A stretch of 64,000 bases of DNA from Planctomycetota bacterium (GTDB lineage Bacteria; Planctomycetota; PLA2; JAEUHO01), in NCBI GenBank assembly GCA_965222115.1, contig CBDCTJ010000007.1:2592001-2656000 (forward strand), given 5' to 3'. This document shows positions 9,253 through 18,833 of this stretch, piece by piece (positions within the stretch are counted from its first letter, which is position 1; every line of letters begins with the position of its first letter). The notes under the pieces are model-generated. The model searched no databases, was not told where the DNA came from, and saw only the letters and a list, made by a program, of their open reading frames with translations. The position numbers and the translations under genes were made by a program.

Positions 9253-10929
9253 CTACTTCACGGCGTCGTGTGTGTTCAAGCTGCCGATGCTCGCGGGGGA
9301 GAGCCCCAAGAAGTTCGCGTCGAGCGCGCCACTTACGACGGCGAACACTTCATCCTGCATGGGACCGGTTGCGTAAATAAGGGGAGACGAGAGATTGCGA
9401 CCGTTCGCTGCCGCGAATTCATTGGCTTCCGGCACGAATTGGGTGCCAAAGCCGGAGCCAGTTACGACGTTGTGCGGGAGGGAGAGCGCATACAGCGTGC
9501 CGCCCTTCGGCGTGGGTGATGCGAACAGGTCGCCAAAAGTCGTGGCAATCAATGTGCGTCCATCGCCTGAAAGTGCAACGCCAGAGATGTTTCGACCGGG
9601 CACCGATGCGCCGGATGGTTGAACGATGGGAATGCCATTGCCTACGCCGCGTAGGATGGCAAGTTGGTTGGGTGCAATGACCGGCGAGTACAACCCCTTT
9701 AGATTGAGAAGGTAGATTTCGCCCGTGATCTGGGATGGAAAGAAGCCAACATAGTTGCCCGCACCATCTTGGCCAATGGCCGGTGGTTTGGCCGCAAGCG
9801 CCGCCATGCCCATAGCGAACCACCCTTCGCGATAGCCGGATACGGCGTCATAGGCTTCTACGGCGGCAGGCGTGGCGGGAATCAGATTGAAGTTGGCGTC
9901 GGCACCAAGCGCGCCGGCCACGGTCACCAAGAGGCGGGGGGTGGGCGGATTGCCGGGCGGCGATTGTGGGTAGATGACGGAAAGCTCTACCGGATTGTAG
10001 TGAAGGGTTTGAAGGGTGCGCGTGCTACGACCCGCTTCTGGAAATTGCGATACGGGTAGCGGTGCGCCTTGCGTGACGCGAAAACACTGCAAGGTCCCCG
10101 GGTTCCAGATGGCCGGGTAGGTGTTCGTTGCATTTGCCATCGCGACGTAAAGCAAATCCTGTCCGTTTATGCCGGGCACATACGCAATGCCCTCCGCACT
10201 GCTCTGCATGAACGTGCTCGAATTGACGTACGCGCCATTGCTATCCACAAGTTGCGTCGTGGAATCGCTGTAGGGAATCGCCAGGTTGACGACCTGAACG
10301 ATGGCGCCCGTGGACGGATTGAAGACAATGAGATTGGAGAGATTGGGGCGGGTATCGGAGCCGCCGGCATTTACGAGTGCGAATCCCAGCGTGGGGGACG
10401 CCACCGCCAAGTCATTGACGAAGAACCCGAATCCAATTGGACTGGCCAGCGACGCCGGTTGCCCGAGCGCATCCACGAGATCCATATCGCGAATCATGGT
10501 GGGTAGAAAGAGCGCACTGGGTACAAGGCCGGAAGCCGTCATGTCCACAGGGACAATGCGCGCATTTGACGAGTCGATCTCATCCGCGTCAACGGTAAAG
10601 AGTGTGTCGCCGTATCGCTCCAAGTCGCTGGGGTAGGCGCCAAAGTAGGGTACGCGTCCGTGTTGATACGCGTTCTCGTTCCAAACGGGCTGTACCGTGG
10701 GTGCAGGTGGTGGAACCACGCCACCACTTCCATTGCCACCGTTTCCGTTCCCGCCGCCTCCGATGTATGGGCCATCTACGAATGGCGAACCGCCGATCAC
10801 AAACGGCGTTGATCCACCTCCGCCGCCTCCACAAGCGCTCATGAGGCATAAGGCAAGCGCTGCGAAAGCAAATCGTGAAACGGCACGGACCCGACTGCGC
10901 GGTTGTGAGATCGAATAACGTAAAGACAT
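9253..10929 (-). CDS. Lipoprotein, predicted beta-propeller, under cobalamin riboswitch control
   Basis: Lipobox LMSAC followed by Gly-rich linker; beta-rich body with IVFNPSTG, ALSGDGRTL blade-like segments; AAGGA RBS; start may be 10935. Confidence 0.75.
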   Translation of the reverse strand: MSLRYSISQPRSRVRAVSRFAFAALALCLMSACGGGGGGSTPFVIGGSPFVDGPYIGGGGNGNGGNGSGGVVPPPAPTVQPVWNENAYQHGRVPYFGAYPSDLERYGDTLFTVDADEIDSSNARIVPVDMTASGLVPSALFLPTMIRDMDLVDALGQPASLASPIGFGFFVNDLAVASPTLGFALVNAGGSDTRPNLSNLIVFNPSTGAIVQVVNLAIPYSDSTTQLVDSNGAYVNSSTFMQSSAEGIAYVPGINGQDLLYVAMANATNTYPAIWNPGTLQCFRVTQGAPLPVSQFPEAGRSTRTLQTLHYNPVELSVIYPQSPPGNPPTPRLLVTVAGALGADANFNLIPATPAAVEAYDAVSGYREGWFAMGMAALAAKPPAIGQDGAGNYVGFFPSQITGEIYLLNLKGLYSPVIAPNQLAILRGVGNGIPIVQPSGASVPGRNISGVALSGDGRTLIATTFGDLFASPTPKGGTLYALSLPHNVVTGSGFGTQFVPEANEFAAANGRNLSSPLIYATGPMQDEVFAVVSGALDANFLGLSPASIGSLNTHDAVK

Positions 10930-11071
10930 AGCCATCCTTTCGCCGGCATCGAAGTGCGGATGCGCGCAGGATGGAGGGTTCGAAAGCAAGGCCGTGCGCG
11001 TGTCACTGCCAGCCTTGCCGTCGGCCTTCCATTCCTTCGAGCCGGAAGAAAAAGAAACCAAGGAACAGGTG

Positions 11072-11300
11072 ACGAGGTCCGTCTTCTGGCTTCCGATTCA
11101 TCCTTCCACCGCGCCTTCCCATGCCGGTGAATCCTCGCGCTTCAACGAGCGCGAAAATCTACGCGGCACAGTGGCTGCACGCCCATTGGGCATGCGTTGC
11201 GGTGGTCGTCCTCGGTTACAGCGGCGGTCCCGCGGGGGAATTGCACCCCACTTCCGTTCGAACCAAGCGGCCCGAACAATCGACTTCGACACCCAGCATT
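11072..11300 (-). ncRNA. Cobalamin (B12) riboswitch
   Basis: Minus strand reads ACGGAAGTGGGGTGCAATTCCCCCGCGGGACCGCCGCTGTAA ... GCCACTG ... TGGGAAGGC ... AAGCCAGAAGAC (B12 box), the conserved B12-element motifs in the correct order; boundaries approximate. Confidence 0.9.
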
Positions 11301-11451
11301 CCGCGGCGTACGTCCCATGGAGCGCTTCGTCGCGAAATGTTCCGAATTGAAAAGAGCGGCCCGGAGAATACGGCCCCGAGACACCACTTTCCATTGTTGA
11401 CCTGGGCTTCGAGGCACGCGAAATTGCCGGCGCCTTTCAGATTCACAGCGT

Positions 11452-11527
11452 GGGGCTGTAGCTCAATTGGTAGAGCGCTTGAATGGCATTCAAGAGGTAA
11501 GGGGTTCGATCCCCCTCAGCTCCACCA
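11452..11527 (+). tRNA. tRNA-Ala (GGC)
   Basis: 76 nt cloverleaf GGGGCTGTAGCTCAATTGGTAGAGCG..CTTGA-ATGGCAT-TCAAG..GGTTCGATCC..CAGCTCCACCA; G3:U70 Ala determinant; encoded CCA. Confidence 0.97.
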
Positions 11528-11551
11528 CCACGCTGACCGACGCTACTTCCA

Positions 11552-11741
11552 AGACGTCCACCCTTCGTGCGCGTCAATCTTTCGATGCGCACTGGGCGAA
11601 TCAACGATCCGTTGGTGCTTACTCAGGGTCTCGCGCAAATGGCTAAGCCATTTACTCTTGACGTCCACGTCGCTGGGCGAATTGTTCATCGGGCGCTTAT
11701 GCCTGAGTCCGGGTTTCGGGTTTTGGGTTTCGGGTAACGGG
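11552..11741 (-). repeat. Dispersed composite repeat family A, copy 1 (inverted; single GTGGAC unit in tract)
   Basis: Reverse complement of the core seen at 42650-42740 and 62700-62766 (GTAAATGGCTTAGCCATTTGC..GACCCTGAGTAAGCACCA.CGGATC..GAAGGGTGGAC) plus CCCG heptamers. Confidence 0.85.
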
Positions 11742-11805
11742 AAGCTCAGAGAGTTGAGGAGTGGGTCTTTGAAGTTGGGGGGCCGCTTGTTGCGGGACGT
11801 GTCCT

Positions 11806-11957
11806 GAAGAAGAGGCTCACACAAAGGGCGCTAAGGAACGAAGCGCAAAGCGTTGGGGGTGCATCCAGAGAATGTGAAGAAGTTCCTTATGGCGAAACAG
11901 TTTTGGAGAGGAAGAAGGGTCTCACCAAGGGCGCCAAGATCACCAAGCGCAGCCGTA
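11806..11957 (+). repeat. Dispersed repeat family B, uninterrupted copy (empty allele of the group II intron site)
   Basis: GGCTCACACAAAGGGCGCTAAGG|AACGAAGCGCAAAGCGTTG...GGTCTCACCAAGG..CACCAAGCGCAGCCGTA aligns with the joined intron flanks 38935-38967 + 40987-41100. Confidence 0.82.
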
Positions 11958-12250
11958 CACGTGGAATGCGCGTCCTCGCCTCCGGATTAAGAGCGCGGGC
12001 GGTCATTCACATGACGATTTGCAATCAGCAAATGATTGAGTGCCAATCAGTTCGTAATCGACTGCGAATCCATGCTGTAGGCATGGCGTGTCAAGCCCAA
12101 GGGCTTTAACCCCAGGAAAAGCACATCTCCCATCCATCGCGTCCTGTAGGTACGCCGCACGACTGCGGTATTTCGTAGCTAGACACACCCCCAGGACAAC
12201 GGCTGACGGTTGTTCCATTCGTCTCACCATCGCGCTTCCCCAATGCTTCG

Positions 12251-13123
12251 TTACGTCAACAAAAACGCTGCCACCACACCCGCCGCCAACACCGCGCAAG
12301 CGATGCCCAGCCAGAAGATTCTTGTTTGGGCGGAATGCACACGATCCACAAGCATCTCGACTTGTTTGTTGAGCACCTTTTGTGTTTCGCGATGCTGGGT
12401 CATGACTTGTTGTTGGGAGCGGTGGAACACGTTGAGTGCGCGGTTCTGAGTGTTTTGAAACGTAGCGAAGATGTCTTCCTGCGTGGTCGCCATGCTGCGA
12501 ATCATCTGGAGCTGTGTTTCGGAGTTCTTGCGTGACTGGTCAAGCCCTTCGCGAATGGCGCCTGCTTGGATCTCAAGCGTTTCGGCGAGGCGGCCCTGCA
12601 AACCATCGAGGAACTGTTGTTGTTCCTTCTGTCCCAGTGCGAGTGTGCGAAGGAGATCGGGGAGGCCGTCGAGGCGCGCGAGGACGTCGCGTGTACCACC
12701 GCCCATGTGTTCGAGTTGCTTGCTGATCTGCGCGAGGCACTCGATTTCGGCACGATGAATGCGGGGGACTTGTGCCAAGAACTCGGGTAGCGCCGAAAGC
12801 GTTTGTTGCACTTGGCCGTCGCGGCTCTGGAGCGTTTCCTTGATCGCACCCAGCAGGCGCGACATGTCTTTCATGCTCGATTGCACGCCCGTCGATGAAA
12901 GCTCCGAAGTTGAGTGGCGGCCTTCGTCCGTGCTTGTAACCACCTTGGGAATCGAAACGCCTTTCTGGGTATCAGTGCGGTGGGTATCACTGCGGTGGGT
13001 ATCATCGCGATGGGTGTCACCAGGCCCTGAGTTGGCAGGTTTCGAGTTGGCACGACCATCCCCCGCCGCCGAGGCAGCCGGCGGGCGTCGTTGTTCCGTC
13101 TTTGGCTTGCTCTCGCCTTGCAC
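12251..13123 (-). CDS. Hypothetical coiled-coil protein with C-terminal transmembrane anchor
   Basis: Q/L-rich helical body, C-terminal hydrophobic helix, disordered N-terminus with THRxD x3 repeat; start uncertain. Confidence 0.65.
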   Translation of the reverse strand: MQGESKPKTEQRRPPAASAAGDGRANSKPANSGPGDTHRDDTHRSDTHRTDTQKGVSIPKVVTSTDEGRHSTSELSSTGVQSSMKDMSRLLGAIKETLQSRDGQVQQTLSALPEFLAQVPRIHRAEIECLAQISKQLEHMGGGTRDVLARLDGLPDLLRTLALGQKEQQQFLDGLQGRLAETLEIQAGAIREGLDQSRKNSETQLQMIRSMATTQEDIFATFQNTQNRALNVFHRSQQQVMTQHRETQKVLNKQVEMLVDRVHSAQTRIFWLGIACAVLAAGVVAAFLLT

Positions 13124-13265
13124 GCGAATGTCCTAGGGTCGCTCTTTGGCCACGAGGTTGTCGTCCCCGCGCTTGCGTAGGGACGGTGCCAGCATAGCAA
13201 CGCAACCAACCGTCGCCGTCGATCGAATCGCTTCGAGCGACCTTGATACGTTGTTCGGCGTAGCG

Positions 13266-13310
13266 CCCAAGTTCTTCACCCCCAAGTTCTTCACCCCCAA
13301 GTTCTTCACC
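13266..13310 (+). repeat. Perfect 3 x 15 nt tandem repeat (CCCAAGTTCTTCACC)
   Basis: Direct reading; abuts the stop codon of the minus-strand lipoprotein gene. Confidence 0.9.
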
Positions 13311-14843
13311 CTACGGCGGGTAGATGCCGTGTGCGCTGCCGATGGTTGTGATGCCGGGCACGGTGGCCGACAAGTCGACCCCTTGTATGTCATCGGTCAC
13401 GGCGTCCAGATCTTCCTGGAGAAATTCACTTTCCGTGAGCGTCCAGGTCGTTGCGTAGCCGTTGTCGAAGAGGAACAAAAAGCGTCGGGGGAACGCGAGG
13501 CGTCCCATAGCCGTCACGCTCGCGATGCCGGTGGGGCCGCCCGCCGTGTCATCGATCACAATGACAGGGGCCACTGTGCTGTAGCCGTCGGCTAGCGTGC
13601 GAACGTCGAGCGCTTCATCGGAGGCGAATCCGGCGAGACCCACGAACGCGATTTCGGCGCCTTCTGTGCTGGTGAGGGCCGGGACGGCCGAGGCGGTCGT
13701 GGTCGTTGTACTCACGCTGGCAGAGGGCACTTGGAGATCCACGAGCGTTACGCCGCCATGCGCATTGTGGCCAATGATTGCCCGCGTTCCCTGCGCAACA
13801 ATTGGACCCGCGCCTTCGGGCAACACAAACGCCTGTACGTCGGGAAGGGCATCGTCTTGATCCACTTCCGTAAACGTCTCGAGTTCAACGAAGGCGAGCT
13901 GCCCGGTGGCGCCGTCTTCACACGAAACCAACAGATGTTCACCGTTGGCATCCAGGACCATGCCGAGTGGTTCCGACGCGCCGTCCATGGGTATCGACAG
14001 CAAGATGGCCGCAACTTCGTCGCCGACTTCCACGTCGATCTTGAACACGCGCACCATGCCTTCATCATCGTCGCGATACGCTGCATAGAGATACACGCCG
14101 TCCGGGCCAAGCACAATGGCGTCTGCACTTGCAGAGAGATCGCCGAGTCCGCCTTCGGTGGAGAGTGTGACGGGGGTCATCGCTGCGTCGCCTGGTGCGA
14201 AGTAGGCAAGTGCCGTCCCGGTTCCGTCGCCATCATTTAGTTGGACCCAAATGCGACGCATGGTCCCTGCATACGCGTCCACGATGCCAACCGGATCGCG
14301 TCCAGCCGGCGTCGCGATGCTGCCCTCCAGCGTGAGGGTATCTGCGTTTAGAAACGAAACTGTGCCCGGCGAACCCACCATGATGTCGGGCGCGGTACCG
14401 GACGTGAAGTTGTATGCAAATCGATCGAGTGCGTAGCTGCCATCTTGGGCGACGACGGCGCCCTCGCCAACAGCAACGGTTAAGAACTCATTGGGCGGAA
14501 AACCTTCACCGGGCAGCGGTCGAATCAAAATGCATGAGGGGTCATCGGGGCACATGCGCATGAACACAGGAACGCCAACGCCGTTGGCCGCAACACCCAC
14601 GAGGTCACCTCGAAGAATCTCCACGGGTCGGTCGTAATGCACGCGGATTTCTGAAAGCGCGCCATCGAGAATCTCAGCACGAGCCGGATAGGTGGCGATC
14701 ACTTCAGGTCGATCGGGTCCATCGCCACCACAGGCAGCGAAGAACGATGCTAGCGCCATGACTCCGATGGAGAGGGCGCATCGAAGGCACCTAGCGTGCC
14801 TACGGATACCGGGGAAGATGAGAGGGTTTTGTTCGCTGTCCAT
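13311..14843 (-). CDS. Acidic lipoprotein with Ig-like (Big_5/CopC-like) N-domain and beta-propeller
   Basis: Lipobox FAAC-GG; PEVIATYPA..I.V.YDRPV..Y.F.SG Ig-like pattern; YVTN-like blades; start could be later (14760). Confidence 0.7.
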   Translation of the reverse strand: MDSEQNPLIFPGIRRHARCLRCALSIGVMALASFFAACGGDGPDRPEVIATYPARAEILDGALSEIRVHYDRPVEILRGDLVGVAANGVGVPVFMRMCPDDPSCILIRPLPGEGFPPNEFLTVAVGEGAVVAQDGSYALDRFAYNFTSGTAPDIMVGSPGTVSFLNADTLTLEGSIATPAGRDPVGIVDAYAGTMRRIWVQLNDGDGTGTALAYFAPGDAAMTPVTLSTEGGLGDLSASADAIVLGPDGVYLYAAYRDDDEGMVRVFKIDVEVGDEVAAILLSIPMDGASEPLGMVLDANGEHLLVSCEDGATGQLAFVELETFTEVDQDDALPDVQAFVLPEGAGPIVAQGTRAIIGHNAHGGVTLVDLQVPSASVSTTTTTASAVPALTSTEGAEIAFVGLAGFASDEALDVRTLADGYSTVAPVIVIDDTAGGPTGIASVTAMGRLAFPRRFLFLFDNGYATTWTLTESEFLQEDLDAVTDDIQGVDLSATVPGITTIGSAHGIYPP

Positions 14844-15040
14844 GGCGACAGGGTAGCGAGGCACGCCGAAACTCCGTTGGCATTCCTTTTGGGAACTCCG
14901 GGCGATTTTGGCGGGCTCGTACGGCTCCGCGGCGGGCATCGATTGGATGCGAATCGGTGGTCGTGCCCTACTAAATCCCCATTTGTTGGGGTTCGGAGAC
15001 CCTTGACGTGGGCAAAGGGGCCGACGCTTGCTTTCGTCAA

Positions 15041-15065
15041 AGTGTATGGTATGAACTAATACAGT
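15041..15065 (+). promoter_or_regulatory. YtrA-type GntR operator
   Basis: AGTGTA-N13-TACAGT, matching the YtrA consensus AGTGTA-N13-TACACT, about 60 nt upstream of the GntR gene. Confidence 0.8.
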
Positions 15066-15127
15066 TGGGTCAGTGAACCCGTTCGTGAGTCACAGACCCG
15101 GTCCGAAATCACAGCACCGTGAGCGCC

Positions 15128-15568
15128 ATGATCATCCGCATCAATCCCCAGGGACCCGATCCCATCTTCGAGCAGATCGTCTACCAGATCAAAGGGGCGG
15201 TCGCGCGAGGGGAGCTCGAAGACGGCGACAAGCTGCCTTCAGTTCGTGCATTGGCGCGTGAGGTCTCAATCAATCCCAACACGGTGTCGCGTGCATACGA
15301 GTTGTTGCATCGCGAAGGCGTCATTGTGAAGCGGCAAGGGGCGGGGTGCTTTGTGCATGTGGATCGCGCCTCGTCGATGCGCGCCGCCGAACGGTTGCAG
15401 CGGCTGCAAGACATTGCAACTCGTGCCGTGACCGACGCGTTCCATCTCGGCTGCCAACCGCCGGAAATATTGCGCGCTGTGAATGACGCATTGGGCGGCC
15501 TGTCGTTTGGTGATGAGGTGCATGGTGACGCCTCGGAACAGCCTAAGAAGCGAAGGAAAGCAAAGTGA
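15128..15568 (+). CDS. ytrA: GntR family regulator, YtrA subfamily
   Basis: PIFEQI..G.L..GDKLPSVRALA...INPNTVSRAY..L...G; short C-domain; followed by ABC ATPase. Confidence 0.88.
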   Translation: MIIRINPQGPDPIFEQIVYQIKGAVARGELEDGDKLPSVRALAREVSINPNTVSRAYELLHREGVIVKRQGAGCFVHVDRASSMRAAERLQRLQDIATRAVTDAFHLGCQPPEILRAVNDALGGLSFGDEVHGDASEQPKKRRKAK

Positions 15569-16491
15569 ACACAACATCCTCAGCCATTGTGTTTGATGAC
15601 GTCTATCGTCGCTTCAACAAGCAAGAGGTACTGCGCGGTCTCACGTTTCGCGTGGAACCCGGTACGGTCTACGCCCTGTTGGGACGCAACGGGTGTGGTA
15701 AATCCACCGCAATACGCATTCTGCTTGGATTCCTACGACCCCATCACGGTACGGCATCGATTTTAGATTGCGATAGTACACAGCTCACACCGGCGCATCG
15801 CGCGCGCATTGCCTATGTCACCGAGGGGCACAAGCTCTATGGAAGCATGAAGGTGGATCATGTGTTGCGCTTCGAAGCGGGCACGCGCAAGACGTTTGAA
15901 CTTGCCGAAGCACGAAAGCATGTGAGTGAGCTGGGACTTGATAGCAAGAAACGTGTTCGCCGGCTCTCGCGTGGACAACGCGCGCAACTTGCTTTGGCCA
16001 TCGCTGCCGCTTCAAGGCCCGAAGTGCTTGTCTTTGACGACCCCGCGCTGGGGCTTGACGCAGTGATGCGCCGCGAACTTCTCGACGCCATGATTTCTCT
16101 GTTGAGTGATCGCGGATGCGCGGTGCTGATGACCAGTCATATTCTCACCGACGTCGAACGCATGGCCGATCGCGTGGGCATCTTGCGCGACGGACAATTG
16201 ATCGTGGACGCCACCGTGGACGACATGAAGCGCCGTGTAACGCAACGTCATTGGATTCCGCAGGTGTCGTGCGAACCACCTGTGGATGCGCGCATTGTGA
16301 GTTCGCGGCCCACGCGCACCGGACACGAGCTCACGCTGGTGGATTGCAACCGTGAACTTGAGTCGCTGTTGACAAGGTCCGGTGAGACGTTGACGCGTCC
16401 TAAAACACCGACGTTGGAAGAGTTCTTTGTGAATCTCGTGGGTGGCAGTCCTGCCGTGGCAGCCGGTGATAGAAAGGAGGCCGTGGCATGA
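15565..16491 (+). CDS. ABC-2 type transporter ATP-binding protein (YtrB-like)
   Basis: GRNGCGKST, LSRGQ, FDDPALGLD, TSHILTDVE, C-terminal TLEEFF. Confidence 0.9.
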   Translation: MNTTSSAIVFDDVYRRFNKQEVLRGLTFRVEPGTVYALLGRNGCGKSTAIRILLGFLRPHHGTASILDCDSTQLTPAHRARIAYVTEGHKLYGSMKVDHVLRFEAGTRKTFELAEARKHVSELGLDSKKRVRRLSRGQRAQLALAIAAASRPEVLVFDDPALGLDAVMRRELLDAMISLLSDRGCAVLMTSHILTDVERMADRVGILRDGQLIVDATVDDMKRRVTQRHWIPQVSCEPPVDARIVSSRPTRTGHELTLVDCNRELESLLTRSGETLTRPKTPTLEEFFVNLVGGSPAVAAGDRKEAVA

Positions 16492-18656
16492 GAGCGCTAC
16501 TTCGCAAAGACTTCGTTTGGTATGCCCTGTTGTTGGTGGGGGCGACCGGAATCTTCGGCGCGGCGATTCTCTCCAATCGTGCAGACCGACTGTGGATTCA
16601 CGGCATTGAGCTTCGATTCGATGTTGTGTTCGCCGTTTGGATCATCGCCGGAGTTGTAGTGGGTTTTGTCGCGTGCTTTGCGGATCGAGCGCTGGGCACT
16701 CGCGAGTATCTATTGCATCGTCCCCAGTCTTGGTCGCGCGTGTTCTGGGTACGCACGGCGATGTGCCTTGGCATTCTCCTGCTCGCCAACGTGCTTCCCT
16801 ACGTGTATTCATGGATCAGTCCGACGGAAGACACTGGCAATCGGACGGTGTGGGACGCGAGCCGTGCATGGCTTCATCTGTCCATGGCTTCGTGCATCGT
16901 GCCTGCATTTGCTCTCGGAGCATTTGCCGCGTTGTCCCATGGGTCGTTCGTGGCTATTCTCTTCAAGCTCGGTGTCCTGGGCATGCCCACGATCTTCTTG
17001 ATGCAACGCCTCCTGCGTCCTTTGGATTCTGGATACCTCGCCTCGCCTTGGCTCTACGCGGCCGTTCAGTTGATGGTCGGTCTGTTCATCCTGCATCTTT
17101 CCGCACGCGGCTTCATCCGTGGATTCGATCGCGATGTAGATGACGCCCTGAGCGAACGAATGCCTTTACTCGGGGGCGTTGCACTTACGGCATCCCTATT
17201 GGCGGGTCTTTTCGCTGGAGGCGCACAACAGAGTTGGCAAAGGAACGTTCGACGCGCGTATCCAGAGATCATTGCTCAGCCCGATGGTGTACCCCACCTC
17301 GCCAAAGTTCGCCACATGATGCTTGAGCGCGAGAATGAAGGCGAGTTGAGGAATTCTTGGCCCAACTGGATCACGGTGCGATTCGCGGAGTTTAGAAACG
17401 AACAACACAGGCGCCGCGCGAAGCCGACGATCATGCTTGATGACAACGACCGACTCTTCCGAACGAACACGGAGGGCTGGCGTCCGTACAGCGATCAATA
17501 CTGGCATATGCAGTTGTGGCCGCGGAACCACGTTCGAAACGATTGGTCGCCCATGTTTGAAGAATCGGCGGACACGCTGCTCAATCAAATGCAACGTAGT
17601 TGGACCATTCACTCCACCATGCATCGCATCGTTCGCATTCTGCGACCGAGTGGGCGCCTCCGTGTCATGGCCCTTCGCAATCGAGGCGTTCCGTCGCTTC
17701 GGCGCAATGACCTGGAAACACTACCCAAGCCTTGGACGCGGGACTTTCAACGCGCAGACAAAAAACCGTTTGGGCATCGCGTATCGATCGTAACGGTCTC
17801 CGACGGGTCATTTCTGTTTGATGGATCCGATTTGACGCTGTGGCGGCTCACCGCCGATGTGACTCGAGGACCCCATGAGGCCTCCTTAGAGTCGATTCCC
17901 TTGCCAAAGCCCTTCCGTCCAACGGCGTTGTCGCATGCTCCGGGAAACCCACACCTTGCCAATAACCGCGTGGGAATACAGCGAGACATCCGAGACAACG
18001 TCGCGTATCTGCTCCTTGTGCAAGATGGGGACTGCTATCACTGGAAGAACGATCAACTCGTCCCCGTCGAACCGACACCAAAATTGCGGGAATTGTTGGA
18101 ACAGCAGCGTCGCATCGAAGCCGCATTGCCCATCCAACGGCGCTTGGTTTCGCGGGTTACTGCGGCAGGCATTCGGGATTCGCTCAAGCATCGCGCTGAG
18201 ATTCTGGACGAAAAGGGCCGCACGATTTTTTCGCATGACTATGAGCCCAGGACGAAATTCGAGCACGCGCTTGTCTTGGTCGGTTGTGCCTACTCCGCGT
18301 TGCGAGCCCCTCTCTTCGAACTCGGGAGTTACGCGCTTGACAGCAACCAAGCGTGGCTCTTTGATCCCTTCGTCATGGGGAACAAACGCATCGCGCCCCT
18401 GCTCTTTTGCCTCGTCGCGATGGTCATTCTCTTGCTCATCGCAATCTGGCGCATGAAACGCCTCCACATGCAGCGCTCGACGCGATTGTTGTGGCTGGTG
18501 CTAATCGCGTTGTTTGGGGTGGGCGCGTTCGTGGCGTTTTTCTTCCTCGAACGCGCCCGGGCCCATCGGCCGGTGCCACTGCGGAATTCAGGACAACGTC
18601 CCGCGCTGCTCCTTGCGTCACCGGCACGAGCCGATCACCGCGCGGTTGCTACGTAG
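16488..18656 (+). CDS. Multi-pass ABC permease-like membrane protein with large extracytoplasmic domain
   Basis: ~7 N-terminal hydrophobic helices, YLLHRP motif typical of ABC-2 permeases, soluble insert, C-terminal TM pair; overlaps ATPase stop. Confidence 0.72.
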   Translation: MRALLRKDFVWYALLLVGATGIFGAAILSNRADRLWIHGIELRFDVVFAVWIIAGVVVGFVACFADRALGTREYLLHRPQSWSRVFWVRTAMCLGILLLANVLPYVYSWISPTEDTGNRTVWDASRAWLHLSMASCIVPAFALGAFAALSHGSFVAILFKLGVLGMPTIFLMQRLLRPLDSGYLASPWLYAAVQLMVGLFILHLSARGFIRGFDRDVDDALSERMPLLGGVALTASLLAGLFAGGAQQSWQRNVRRAYPEIIAQPDGVPHLAKVRHMMLERENEGELRNSWPNWITVRFAEFRNEQHRRRAKPTIMLDDNDRLFRTNTEGWRPYSDQYWHMQLWPRNHVRNDWSPMFEESADTLLNQMQRSWTIHSTMHRIVRILRPSGRLRVMALRNRGVPSLRRNDLETLPKPWTRDFQRADKKPFGHRVSIVTVSDGSFLFDGSDLTLWRLTADVTRGPHEASLESIPLPKPFRPTALSHAPGNPHLANNRVGIQRDIRDNVAYLLLVQDGDCYHWKNDQLVPVEPTPKLRELLEQQRRIEAALPIQRRLVSRVTAAGIRDSLKHRAEILDEKGRTIFSHDYEPRTKFEHALVLVGCAYSALRAPLFELGSYALDSNQAWLFDPFVMGNKRIAPLLFCLVAMVILLLIAIWRMKRLHMQRSTRLLWLVLIALFGVGAFVAFFFLERARAHRPVPLRNSGQRPALLLASPARADHRAVAT

Positions 18657-18833
18657 GAGCCGTCGCCTGCAAGCTGGATATCTATTCGAAACACGGTGTG
18701 CGCGTCTATCAAGGGCGTTCCCGTACTGAGCAAGCGAGAGACGGAAGCGGTGTACTACACCCCGTAGGCATTTTTCCGGTGTGACCCGCGAACTTCTGGG
18801 TGTTGTCCTGCCAAGACGCGCGATACTCGGGTC

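Noticed and set aside
11452-12250. Prophage or genomic island integrated at tRNA-Ala
   Set aside because: No integrase or phage genes follow and no duplicated tRNA 3' end was noticed; only short repeats are present.
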